A DNA stretch of 64,000 nt from Syncephalis fuscata S228. Its lineage: Eukaryota > Fungi > Zoopagomycota. Positions 24,523-37,403 of this stretch are shown here, piece by piece (the first letter of the stretch is position 1; the number at the start of each line of letters is the position of its first letter). The translations under genes and the position numbers were made by a program. The DNA lies in contig JAHLTZ010000025.1 of the NCBI GenBank assembly GCA_025786725.1, positions 186,001 through 250,000 on the forward strand, read 5' to 3'. The notes below the pieces were generated by a model. It saw only the letters and a program-made list of their open reading frames with translations. It was not told the DNA's origin and did not search any database.

Positions 24523-25434
24523 CTATGGCACATCACCAGTAATTGTTTTTAGCTTAGGAAATATACGGTATGCATTACGTGTTGTTGCTGTGGCAACATC
24601 AAGCGTTGAAACACCTTTCAGTTCGGCAATTCGTTTGCAGACCCACTCTATTTGAGATGGTGTACTTGGTTCACCGCGCACCATTCCCAAAGCTGGCGCA
24701 TCCGACTCTAAAACCAAGCGGTCTAGCGGCACCAGCTGCACCAACCGTTCCAGCTGAGAATCACGTGCCAGTGACGGAGCAACCGAAAAGTACGCGCCAA
24801 GACCGAGACCTTCTTTAATGTATTTTGGTCGACCATCAAATGCATGAAGTAATACATTTGATGTTGCTGAAGCCTCGCCGCTATAGCCAGCTTCACGAAG
24901 CACGTCCAATACGTGGCGACCAGCTTGTCGTGAGTGTAGATTGACCGGTAGTTCTAGACGACGGGCCAGTTGCAATTGGGCCAGTAACACTTCACGCTGC
25001 TCAATACGGGCTGCATCCACGCCATTTGGATGTGTGGCCAGAACATGGGGCGAAAAATCCAATCCAATTTCACCAATGCCAACCACTTTGGGACTACTTA
25101 GCGCATAGTGCTCAAAAGCATCTTGTGATGTAAACCAATCAGTAATACGTACCGTGGTAGCAGTAGCGGTAGCATTATTAGCATCATTGGTAGCAGTTGT
25201 ACACGGGTGTATTGCTGTTGTTGGTTGCATGGGATGTAGCCCAATACAAAGTGCAATGCGATTGTTAAGTGCAGCCGCTTCAGGCAATGAAAGCCATGCT
25301 TCTATAGCCTGTATATCGCTATAGCGTTCCGTAACAATAATGCAAATCGGCAAACCGTCTCCCTGTGCCACTAATTCGCTTGTCGAATAGTAAGGCGGAT
25401 AAAGATGCGCGTGACAATCAACTAGTAAAGCCAT
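24523..25434 (-). CDS. TatD-family deoxyribonuclease (TATDN3-like), intronless
   Basis: VDCHAH, IGLHP, IGEIGLDF, VNLHSRQAG, LLHAFDG and LVLESDAP motifs. Confidence 0.92.
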   Translation of the reverse strand: MALLVDCHAHLYPPYYSTSELVAQGDGLPICIIVTERYSDIQAIEAWLSLPEAAALNNRIALCIGLHPMQPTTAIHPCTTATNDANNATATATTVRITDWFTSQDAFEHYALSSPKVVGIGEIGLDFSPHVLATHPNGVDAARIEQREVLLAQLQLARRLELPVNLHSRQAGRHVLDVLREAGYSGEASATSNVLLHAFDGRPKYIKEGLGLGAYFSVAPSLARDSQLERLVQLVPLDRLVLESDAPALGMVRGEPSTPSQIEWVCKRIAELKGVSTLDVATATTRNAYRIFPKLKTITGDVP

Positions 25435-27409
25435 TTATTTGCGTATAAAAAAAGTAAGAAGTCATAGATAGCAGTTTGCGAAACTGCAAAAGCAATTATT
25501 AACCAGCCAAACGCCGTACTGGTCATAACTACAATTATAGTAGCGGCAATAGAGCCATTACCACAGGCCACAACTGGCCTCCTATTCTTATCGCGCCATC
25601 CAGTTTAAGGGATACGCGGGCAAGTAGTTTGCAACACTGTGTGATTATCAATGGTTTGATGCCACCACCCACCGAGCAATCAGCGGGCTATTGGTATGCA
25701 TGTTCGGCAATAAGGCTATCCATAGGTTGTACAACAGCTGACATTAATTATGCCAGCTGTCGCAGCGACTTGATAGCCACCTCTAGGGCGTTATCGCTCA
25801 GCGATGAAGGTGTGGCAATGGTGGTAGTGGTGTGATACCCGTTTCCTTGGTTGGCCCGTTTCCTTCGTAACCTTGTCATTCATTTGCCCATTGACTTTTG
25901 GTGGCATGCCAATGAAGGCGTACAGGCCAAGTAGTCCCTAAGCATGCTTGACAAAGCATCATGAACAAGCCTTACTCATCAGTTATCTGTTAAATGCAGC
26001 GGCCCACATGCCACGTCTGCTGTTCGGACTCCCACACACGCCACAATTGTCCTGCAGCTGTGTCATCTGCCGTCACCTTTGGCATTTCTCGATTGCCTTT
26101 TACTTTTCTCTACTTGGTGGCAAGACGTCGACGTGTACATACACGTGGTGGGATATCTTCCATCATTTACTATTTAAATTAGCCTGGCCTTTAGCAGGTG
26201 GTGTCCTATTTCCATCTTCTTGCCTATTTAATAATATTATTGTCTTCTGCCACCCACCCATCTACCCACATTCACACAAAGCTTATCGCCGTGCTATTTT
26301 GTCTATATCTTTGCTTGCACACATTGTTTTATTTCGCTCGTCTTGACAATCCGCTTCGTTTAACCGTTATTAGTTTGTAAATTGTTTATACTACATTATA
26401 GCTTGAAACCGATAATCGCCATAGCATCATGACTTCTTTGTTATCAGGCAAGTAATTTTTATTTATTCTAAACTCAGTTTGCGTATCACTTCACGTGGCG
26501 AGCAAATAATAGCTTCTTTAGCAATATTGCGAAAGCGGAGTTCCCAGTCTAGTAGGCGCATGTGGTTGTTTGTTAAAATAGAATCTACATTTGTAGAATA
26601 CTTGTATTAGTTGTATTGATGCGTATCATTAGCGTTGCATTTTACGGGCGTAAATATACAACATTCATTATGACACATGTCATGTGGGAATGAATAGCAT
26701 TATGCAATAACGTTTGGCGATTTGTTTTATTGTTTCATTTCACATCAAGTGGTTTCGACAACTCGTTGAAACACTTATTTGCTACGCCCATTCTGTAACA
26801 ACAACAACTATAGCTTTGTTTATTGAGTCCACATGAACATACTATGCCCATGCCGGCCTTGATGTTAGCCTATCGCTCTTATTGTTCAGACTATTGTGTT
26901 TTAAAATAATCCTTGAATGTTGTACTTGTAAAAGTCGTACGATTGTACCGATCCAAGGATTGCTGTTGTCATCGATGATGCATGACTTTTCTAGTTTCAG
27001 CTCCATTGCTTAACAACAACAATTGCCATCGTCGTGGCCATAAAAACATCATTTCTTGTTGAACCAATGATCGTTTTATTCGTTTTTTTTCATTTCCAAG
27101 TTGGACTCTTGTTTTCACGTGCCGTTCATTGTGGAGAAGGAGAAAAAGGTCTGTCAGCTGCTGTTTCCGTCTTTTCGCCTCGGCCTGTCAGCGCTGCCCC
27201 TTCATCCTATTTTTTTAAACCATAGCACGCGTGCCTCCCCTTTTTGCCTAGTTTTACCATTTACTATTATTCTTTCTTTAACTCACTTACACACCTACCC
27301 ATCCACACCATACACTTGCCATTGGTATCTTTTTACTTTCGCTTCTTTGTGCTGTTGCTGTTACTATATTACGGTAACCAAAACGACAACAACAACAACA
27401 CTGCACTAC

Positions 27410-27441
<32 letters not shown>

Positions 27442-27721
27442 ACAAACGGATACTGTTTGTCGACATTTCCCGTAGTTATAGTTGTAGTAGTAGAAGCCAC
27501 GATTATTTCTGTTATTCGTTTATTCCTTTGTTGTCAGTTTAGCTAAGACGACAACGACAACAAGACGCTGTCATTCTTTGCAAGCTTTGTTCTAACTGCG
27601 TAGTTTATTGTCTTGATCTACCGTGTATTCGTTTTCTTTATTCTCATTACATCATCTTATCAATCGTTGATTCGGCGAAACAGCAGGTGGCCAATTATTA
27701 ACAAAACCGCTTCATATAGGC

Positions 27722-29383
27722 ATGGAGATTCCTCAATTACTGGCCGACGTTGTCTACTTTACCGGATTTATCTTCCATGCTAGTAAGTAATCTATCTAAA
27801 GGCTGATTTAAGAGTGGCCTATGAATTGGCTGGTTATGCGTGAATAGTTGTCTCAAAGACTCCTTTTACAAAGGATGGCTGGCCGACTGACATCCAAGAC
27901 TATATGTGGGTGCGTGTGGGCGTGTGTTCGCCTAACTGGCTGGCTGGTGGGCTGTAGATCAGTTTCTAGTCGGTAACACCTGCATATAGCTTGGATGGCT
28001 TTACCAATAAGGCTGACTGCGCATATCTGCGTCGGGCGAACAGGTGTGATACTTGTTCATCTGCACGTGCAGCAGCTACATCAAATGCCTATAACACCTT
28101 GACTTCAATGGTGGTCAATGTCGTACAAATAGAATATTGACGCTGACGCCTTTGTAGCGCTTTTACTGCTGGGCGTACCTGTAATACATGCAACATTTGG
28201 ACCGCCTGTAAATGGCTGGTCTCTTGCGCAGCATCTAATGGTGCGATGGACTCGTGCCGTCAATACTTCGCTTAAAATCCATCAGTTACGCTTAATGTCG
28301 CGTCTAGGTGGATGGCTACAATCCCGCGGACTATTAGTGACACACGACTCGGTTTTGCCGGCCTTTTGGCTCGGTGATACGCCCTGGTCTGTACGCACTC
28401 GGCTGGCCCGAGGTGAAGTAGATCTTTTAATTGTGTACATTCATGGTAAGTTCAAAAGTGTAAGATCGGCTTGACAGGCTATTAATTCTGTGTTATCAGG
28501 CGGTGGCTTCTGTTGTGGCAGTCCTTTGTTGCAGATACAGTCGGTCAATGCGTGGCGCCAAAAGCTTGAACAGCAAGGTCTTCGTGTGGCAGTTGCCTTG
28601 TTGGAATATGAACTTGCGCCCGAAGCTGTGTATCCACAACCTACCAATCATCTTTGCCAGACTATTCGCGATCTACGTGCTATACCTGGCGTTGATGGCG
28701 TATCAATGGTGCTGACTGGTGATTCAGCCGGTGGACACTTGGCCATTTCCACTGTACAACATCTTGAGCCAGCTGAACAACCTAATGCCTTAGTACTTAT
28801 CTCTCCTTGGGTACGCCTTTATCCTACCTCGGATGCCATTTGTCGCAATATCAGTACTGATGTATTGACACCACAAAATCTATTAACATGGGCCAATGCT
28901 TACTTGGGCATTTCTAATAATGGTCTATCTTTACCTGCTAAATCATACTACGCTACATCCGATACCGTTGAAGTTGTTAAACCGACCGCCACATCGCCTT
29001 CAATCAACTCTGCCAATGCTAATGAACGTACCGCGCTATTGGCATCATCAAACTGTATGGAACCAACCGGTGTATCCGATATCAGTACAACATCGGCCAT
29101 GGCAGCAGTCTCGACCAACATGACGGCACAACGTGCACTTGTTCCAACCCATATCCCACCTTGTCTTATAGTTGTGGGCAGTCGCGAGTTATTTGTCGAG
29201 GATGTTGTGGCATATGCTTGCATGCTTGAAGAGGCCGGCACCGATGTATCCATTCTAGTTGAGCCAGGTGCAGTGCACAACTATGCTATGTTGCCTGCTT
29301 TGGCCGGCTCGGACGCTTATCATCGCGCCGTTGATAATATCACCAGCTACATTGGCAAGGTTGCCACTGTCGAGTGCAATTAA
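27722..29383 (+). CDS. Alpha/beta hydrolase, hormone-sensitive-lipase family (steryl acetyl hydrolase-like); 5' exons uncertain
   Basis: VYIHG|GGF across intron 28446-28499, LEYELAPEAVYP, LTGDSAGGHLA, LISPWV, GSRELFVED and GAVHNY. The junction of the putative first exon (27722-27782) to exon 2 could not be resolved cleanly. Confidence 0.8.
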
Positions 29384-31589
29384 TACCATTTTGCCCAGTA
29401 TTTTATTAGTTTTATTTGCTTCTTATTAGCCGGTAGTAATGCTGGCTAACTTGAATTTTACGCTCAATTACTTTCTACGATGCTCTCTCAATTCTCCCCA
29501 ATTTTTTCCTTTTATTTCAGCGATTGCTTTAAACAAACAGCTGCAAGCGATAAGCATTTCTTAGTCAAATGCTTTATTCATAACATTAGCATGTTTTTAT
29601 TCTTATATTCTTACAGTACCATTTTTTGTTCCATTGCGTTTTTCCAGTCTTTCATTTTATTTGTTTTTGCGCCGCGGATATTTACATAGAATGCCTATAC
29701 ACACATAGTATATCGTTATTGGGCGCTTTCTTTTGGTCTGGATGTTATAACGTTGCCATCATCAACAGTCAATGTAACACCTTCAATAATGTACTACCAA
29801 TTATACAAATACTATAAATTGCGATTCAATATTTATTTATGTTAAAATTGTATCTTTATTATAATTTGTAGTGTCAGATAATATAGTTTAGACGATTAAG
29901 CTACACACTATCCTATGCTAGCCTTTAATGTTTACTAACATTTAAGCTGCACTTAGAATACCATGCATTAATTGGTTGGTACTGTTTTAATAATAGACAT
30001 AATTTTTATTAACCAATAATTATTACAATTCAACTACAATAAACTAAATAGCTAGTGTGATATTAAATAAAACTAAAATCAGACTAGAAACTAATACACT
30101 TTATTAGTGTTAAATAAAGCTATCATTTTAAACATAGCTAATAATAAGGCAATATAAAGCCAGCTAACACAGTTTTCTATATGGCAGTCTATCTATCCAG
30201 CAAAGCAGATAAACCAATTTAAAATAGCAAATTTAACTAAAATGCATGATTTAAATATCAATTTTATTAAATCTTTGGTTGCTGATTCTGTTCAATATAT
30301 TAAATAGCTTATTGGTACTTTTTGCTTACCAGTTGGAATAATAAACAATCTAATAAACATTCGACTTGTTAATGGCTATTGATTACTTTTTGCGTTGCTA
30401 TTTCACTATCACTTTGGTGCACTATGTTGTTTAAATAGCTTTATGAAGCATTTATGCTAACTACATATACAAATACATATACAAATACATATACAAATAT
30501 ACTATAAAGACTACATCTAGATGCATATCGTGGTTATTAACTATATCATAGTATGCTTATCATTGTTACAACTATTTATTTTTAAAACCACGCCAATGCA
30601 ATCATAATGGCAAAAACTAGGCAAAAGGACCAATGCTACAAGGCAAAAACGAATGTTTATTGCGTAGCAGTCTCAGTCGCACGTCAGTAACAACTTGGCA
30701 TTAGTTAGTGCCACTTTCAAGCAACTAGCAATAAAGGCGTATACAGCTATTTGCATGCTATCATTTATGCTTACAGATATTATATCAATTTAATTAAATA
30801 CAGCAATTTATTTAAAATTTTAAAGCATTGACGCGTGTTTAAAATATAAACTGGTAGTATATATAGCCAGAAAGTATGTAACTAACAATCACTCATAAAT
30901 GCTGACACCAATTACAGTACCAGTTCAGGAAAAATACGCTATAATCAAGCTGTCGATGCAACATCGTTAAGCCACGCTTGGCTACTCGTCAAAAGCAATA
31001 TTGATAAATAAGATTATTCGGCTGGCGGAAGAGAGCAAAAAGAAGACAATCAATGAAAAGTTGACGGTACATATAGCCAACACAGTTATTGTGCTGATCA
31101 GAGCACCAAACAGCAGTAGTAATAATAGCATATTACACTGCTTTACTTGCGCTGGATACTTATTTAGTGTTTACACTAGCAGTGCTTTCTACATTGCTGT
31201 TGTCGTGCGTGTACAGCAGACGTACACGACGATTGCAGTGGCTATATACTGCCAAATCACTGTATAATTTGCTTTGCCATAGATCATCGCTGCAGATCGC
31301 ACTGGCAACAGTTTGTACAGTATTGACAATAGTAATCGCACTACACTATCAAGATTGCATACATTGCTGCCAGATAACCTGCAGTTGTGATCAATAGTAA
31401 CACAAAGCATACAACGAGATTTTCACAGCATATGCTCAAATATCATAAAAACAAGCCAGGAATGCACTTAACGTGCCAATAAAGCTGCCAAAAGCAATGA
31501 TCGGAGTAATGATTTGCAAAAAAGGTCAGTACAAAAGAGCAATGCAAGTACATAGTGTAGAAGGCGTTTGTACCTAACTATTAGCCAGT

Positions 31590-31890
31590 TAACTACCGAC
31601 ACTATCTATATAACATATATGGAGTGTAAAAGTATATGGTATGGATATATGCTATCAAGTGTGAAGAAAGAGAAAGGAAATGTAGTGACGTGGATTGTAT
31701 GCTGTGTTGTTAATATGGCGGATTAATACTAATGTCAATTGACACCAAACTACTCATTATTATAGAACAAGTTTGTCAGTAAATAGCGAGTATATTAAAA
31801 TTATTAAATTAATGCAATAAAAGTCAATTGACACCAAAAACTACTCATTACCATAGAACATGTTTGTCAGTATTGACCAATATATTAAAG
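31590..31890 (-). repeat. Dispersed repeat homologous to 13385-13660, containing a ~70-bp tandem duplication
   Basis: Units at ~31733-31802 and ~31822-31892 both begin GTCAATTGACACCAAA (a 10-bp palindrome) followed by CTACTCATTA..ATAGAACA.GTTTGTCAGTA. Confidence 0.75.
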
Positions 31891-31977
31891 TTTGTCTCTA
31901 TGTTTATCACATATTTTATTTTTATAGTTAATGTATACGTAAGTGTTATAATATTAACAAAATCTATATTATACAAC

Positions 31978-33170
31978 TTATATTTCGCCTCGATTAATAA
32001 TGCTGAATGACGCGTCATCATCAGTCATATCTCCTGATGTAGTTTGGCGGCTTTTACGTCCCAGCTCTGCTTCTTCTGCCTCCAGCTGTTGAAGCATTTG
32101 TGCTAAACGAGCTTTTCTTGATCGTAGCGCCTGTTGATCGGCAGATACATTACGTGTACTAGTGGCTGCAGCCACTGCGGTTGGTCTGTAGCCGTGGTGC
32201 TTGTTGAAGCGTCGCCCATGCTGGCAAACGCAGCAGCTCCCATGCCCACGGCTCTTACCGCGTCCGCTGTCCATCCGCCCAATGGTAGACCAGACAAAAG
32301 TCCGGCCAGACCTCCATTGTTTCTTGGCAGCACTTCATTTGCGGCGGCAGTTTGCGTCGTATTGGTGACAGGCGACGACTAATCAATAACAATCTTTAGT
32401 CAATAGTTATTTATAATGAATAAACAATGATAATCACCTCAGATGTGCTGCCTAGTAGCAACCGTTGTAGCATTCGGAATCCATAACGGATCCATGAGAA
32501 AAATGCAATACGTGCTTGTCGAGTTGCTTCTACAATGGCTGCATCGATATTTGATTCGTTTGCAACTAAGCACGGCTCAAGCAAATGACGATAAATAACC
32601 ATTGCTCCATTAGTTTGCGGCAGTACCATCCAGAATGTGAATATGACTTTCATCAAGTAGTAAAATGGCACCCTTTTGTAATAAAATGGTTATAATTTAG
32701 TTCTACATGCTATAATAATAATAATAATAATAATAACTTACCAGAAAAAGAATTCGTCTAATATCCATTCTGCGTAGTGCCAGACGGCGAGGACACACCA
32801 GTAAGTTAGCCAGCGGGATTGTTCGAGTCGAAGCAATTCAAGTGGATCCAGTGGCTTCTCCTCCGCTTCGGCCGCCATGGACGCATCTTCTTGCGCTGTG
32901 GCTGCGGTAGTATTCGGTGAAGTAGCCATACGCATTGCAACACCGCCCGCCCAACTTAACCAGGTTGTATTGGGCGTGCCTGCTTCGCGTTCAAGTTCAA
33001 CTGCATCTGCAGCACTAAGACATTTGTAGCTTGCATATGCTGGATATAGAAAGCCTGCCGTATAGCTAATATTGATGAGTAAGTGAATAGACACGCTGTA
33101 ATTTGGCTACAGCATCAGGTAAAGCTATTACTTACCAAATAAGATATGAACACAATGAAAATAGACCCAT
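31978..33170 (-). CDS. TB2/DP1/HVA22 (YOP1/REEP) ER-shaping protein, 4 exons, apparent frameshift at ~32181
   Basis: AGFLYPAYASYKCL, RWLTYWCVLAVW, FFFW|VPFYYLMKVIFTFWMVLPQTNGAMVIYRHLLEP and ESNIDAAI motifs. A coiled-coil tail lies in the shifted frame. Confidence 0.88.
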
Positions 33171-33436
33171 TGTTGATCGATAACTAGTAATAAGCTATTG
33201 TAGCTGGCTGCTGCAAGTGAATAAGACTGAGATAATAAAGGCAAATGAGTAACTGAGAAAATGATAATGTTTTATTTAATGTGGATAACAACTGTTGTAT
33301 TTGTAGTGAAAAATCAATAGAAAGATAAGGATGGATACGATGGCTTCTGGTGGTGCTAGTTGAATGACTGTGCTGTATATTTGATTGACCAGTGATAGTT
33401 GGCATGGTGGATGTTTTGTTGATGGTATTATTTAAA

Positions 33437-34436
33437 GGAGTTTTAAAAATACACCGTTTTTATTTTAAATTTTAAAAAATTGTTTAGTTGCATTTGCCAC
33501 AGCCATATCTTTAAAAGTCTTTTAACAAATAAAATACGATTGGCATATTGTTAATATAGCTACAATTGATTGAATTACGTAAATAAGCAAAGTTTTAAAT
33601 TAAAATTCATTGCATTTATTGTAATTAGCTTTTTTCCCGTCAGGCAATTTTTCCCATCAGGGATTTTTAGCTTTGCAACTTTTATTATTCAATAATATCA
33701 TAAATACACAATATTATTATTCAAATAATAATAAAAAGGCCTTTTATAATCCAATTATTTAGTTTATTATCAGAATTTATACATTTACGACTTCTATTAT
33801 AAATATACTAATTTGAGCTATTGTTATAAGTTAAAAGCATTTAATAATATAACTTTATTAAAGTGATATTAAAACATTTGATTAAGCTGCTACTTCTATT
33901 TTTTCCCTCGTTTAGTTGCTTGGTCAATATTACATCATTTTATTACTGTTTTTGTAACAATGTCATTATTTTTTTATCGAATCAAAAGCAGACCAAGTTT
34001 TGTAATAAAAAGTATTAGCATCTATTAAGCTATTACAATTGTTAGTGTATATTAAATAATCAAATATGTAACTAATAATTTTATTTGTACATTTTTGGTT
34101 TTACAGATAAAAATGTAGCAACATAATTTGTAATAAATTTATTGATAAATTTAATAGGTCATTACCAGAATCATATGGACAATCATTAAAATGCTTAATA
34201 CTGTCATCTTGTTGAATCACTATTTTTACTCTTGAGATTGCAACCATTAACAAGCTTAAAATTGTCAACAGCGGCCCTCAATTCTTCAATACTGCTAAAT
34301 ATAGCTTCTTTAAATAGTTTGGTAGACATTTGGTAGATTTTTCAAAACAATGTATTTCAATAAACAAAATTTAAAAATTAAAAACAAGAAATTTATTATG
34401 ATAAAATTTCAAAACAGTGTATTTTCTAATTTCCCC
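33437..34436 (-). mobile_element. Decayed MULE-like TIR element (copy 2; internally deleted near the left end)
   Basis: 33486-34436 is nearly identical to 17080-18031. Left end GGAGTTTTAAAAATACACCGTTTT retains the TIR core. The transposase remnant ATG is at 34329. Confidence 0.65.
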
Positions 34437-34939
34437 ATAAATCAGTTATTACTTAGCACTATGATGCTTCTAGCGCCGTTCACTATGTCTTCTGCTTCCG
34501 AAAGAAAATAAATGAACTTCTTTGCCGCTTATAAATTCTTCTACACCTTACAGAAACCAATCGTTGCCTTTAATGATGATAATTTTGGTGTGTCTATGAA
34601 AGAAAAACTATCTGCCCTACACGAAGAATCACCGAAGCTATCAAGTAAATGGCCAATAGCTCTGGTGGTTCTATTGAGTTTATTTATGTTCATAAATACT
34701 TAACACGCCAAGTTTGTAATAAGTGTGAATTTAGAACATCGGAAAATATGACAGCTATTGAATCAAAGCGTAAAATACACGCCGTATTCCGATGCCAATC
34801 TTGTTATATAGTGTGGAATCATGATGTAATAGCGTCAGAATATACACACAATATTTTTACATACAAGGCAAGAAATAACGATAAAGATCTGATGGAATTC
34901 AGATGTGAAGACAGCCAATTACTACTTTCTTTTCAATAA
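34437..34939 (+). pseudogene. Fanzor/TnpB-like RNA-guided nuclease, C-terminal RuvC-II/zinc finger/RuvC-III fragment (copy 2)
   Basis: KPIVAF(N)DDNFGVSMKEKLSA(P), IYVHKYLTRQVCNKC, KRKIHAVFRCQSCYIVWNHDVIAS and EFR. This matches the TnpB/Fanzor pattern AFGDG..vDEyxTSqxCxxC..CxxC...WNRDxxA. Confidence 0.85.
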
Positions 34940-36039
34940 TGCGACTGATATGACTCTTTTGCACTCCTTTGGTTAACTCCAGTAAGTAATATTCAAATTA
35001 TTTGTATTAGTTAATTTACAAATACCGCATGGCTAATATAAAACGTTGAATTTAAATTAGTACAAAAATGTAAACATACTGCTACTGAAGGAAAAAAAAC
35101 AAGCAATATATAGAAAAGCGCGGTTTACTAGGCGGCTTAATATCCTTACCTATTTGCAGAGGCACACACTGTATGGCATGCCACTTTTTGCTACTGGCAC
35201 ATGAGCATAAGAGCCGGGCTATATCGCACGTGTAACACTGTCTGCACGAGCTTTGCCAATTTTCTCCTATAAGGAGCATGTTAATTTGATGATCACATGG
35301 TCGTGGCGTAAATAAACAAATACTTTAGCTGTGAATATATAAACCAATGTTTGTAATATTAAATTGAAGATTTTGTAACACAGTTATCTATTTAATAAAC
35401 TAAATACTAGATAATGTATTGTTTAATCTGTAACATAATATAAGCAATAATAATAGTAGTAACTAGCTGTCATATAATACTTATACAAGTGCCCACACAC
35501 AATTTTCACTAGCCGTTTTCACGGCAATTATCGCATGGTTTGGCATTGTAGTTCTTTTTGCAATTATTTCAGCATAATGTATGGTCAAAAAGCCATGCGT
35601 CTAGTATGTCGTTAGAATAGGTTCTTAGCGCCTAACGTGTTAGTGCACATAGATAATTTGCTTATCACGCGTTCGCGCAGTACACATGTATATATGCCTG
35701 CCAATGCACGCGCACACTTTCTGCGCAATGGTTTGGCGCCGTCATGGCCAATAAACGCTGTGTCGAACTCTCACGTGTTTTGGCTAACTGCCATCTTCAA
35801 ACTAGTGCCAAGTCGGTGTGGGCATCTATTTATTAAGAAGCCAGCGGCCATCTTGTTCTTATACCTCTATTCTCGCTATCGTTATCTATTTGTATTTTAA
35901 ACAATATTTTCTGCTTTATTCAGCCATTTGTTTAATTAAATAACTGTACCTTCGCTATTTCATATTATTTAGCTTATTAGCACACACTATTAGTTTATAA
36001 TTTGTCGTATATATTTATCTAAATCTCATAACAAGCACC

Positions 36040-37403
36040 ATGGGCGCCGATACATCAAAAATTCAAATTGGTGCAGAGCATTTTGATATCGAGGCAATAA
36101 GAAAACTGCCAAGTGAACAGCTATTAATGCTTTACACCGCTTCGTTGGAGCTACGCCTAATAGTACGCCAAGTATGTCGTCAGCTGAAGATAATGTATCA
36201 ATGCACCGGAGGAAGCCGTTGCGTTTGCAGCGTAAAGGATTGAAACAACGATCGGTTTCTTCAAAATGTTTGTCAAAACAGTACGCTAAAAATGAATCTA
36301 ATGTCACACGCCAACTTCCTACAAATCCGCCCGTTCAATGGTCAGATCGTTTGGCCGTCAGGACTGCGTCGTACAATCCCCAGCTTGCCTATGAAGCAGC
36401 CTACACTTCACATCCCATGCCGGATCGTTGTACCGATAGCAGTAATAGTAGTACACATAACCAGATTTTAAACCATAATAATCTAAATACTACGGCAAAT
36501 AAAACTATTGTTGGCGCAACTTTACTAACTGCAGATCCAGATATGGCCTTTATATCTGGTCGGCCACACCTGTCTGTCAACGGCGTCCCCGCTCTACTTC
36601 CCGCAGATACCGCTGCAATGGTCACCCAGGACATGCTCCATGATACCATCTACTATGCACTGGGTACCACTCACTTTTCACCCATTCCTCAGCCGCGCGA
36701 GATTCTTGACGTGGGCTGTGGCTCTGGTCGTTGGTTATCCGATATGACAAAGGTTTTTCCCAATTGCCACATGCACGGAGTTGATATCATTGAGCCGACA
36801 CAATTTAATAATTTACCAAGCGGATGTAAGGTAACACTGGCCGATGTACACGATGGCTTGCCCTTTGAAAGCAACCGTTTTGACTTGGTACACCAGCAAG
36901 CGTTACGCTTTTTTATTCCTAATGATCGCTGGCCATTAGTGGCTGAAGAGCTATTTCGCGTTTGTCGCCCGGGTGGCTACGCAGAATTAGTTGAATACGA
37001 TTTTGTTGCTGATCCAACAGATCGTGAGGCCCGTCGATTGCTCGATGCATTGACAGCCGTCACAAGAATGGGCGGTGTCGAGTGGGATGCCGCTCAGCAC
37101 CTAAGCAAGCTATTGCGTATTTCTGGTTTTGAGAAATCACGGTGCCAAATAGCAGATTTTACCACTACCGGCTCCGACGATGCTACGGCACGTGTTTTGG
37201 CCAAAATAATTGCTCGTTTACTTCGTGACTGTCGCCCCCTTGTGGTTGATCGATTCAACCTACTTAGCGGCAAAGAGTTTGACAATCTGGTTGCGTCAAC
37301 TTGTGGATTACAAGGAAGACCACGCATTCAGCTAAAACTCTATATCATTACTGGTCGCAAGCCGACCGGTGTATCAGGTACAGGAGTCCGATTTGGCTCC
37401 TAA
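36040..37403 (+). CDS. Class I SAM-dependent methyltransferase 1 (LaeA/TdiE-like), intronless, apparent frameshift at ~36117
   Basis: MGADTSK start; ILDVGCGSGRW, HGVDI, GLPFESNRFDLVHQ, ELFRVCRPGGYAELVE and GRKP motifs. Confidence 0.88.

Noticed and set aside
30900-31480. Possible decayed gene (F-box-like 'SDDLWQSKLYSDL' on the minus strand)
   Set aside because: The similarity is too short and fragmentary to support without a profile search.
31733-31892. CRISPR-like repeat-spacer array
   Set aside because: Only two degenerate ~70-bp units, in a eukaryotic context with no cas genes. This is a simple tandem duplication.
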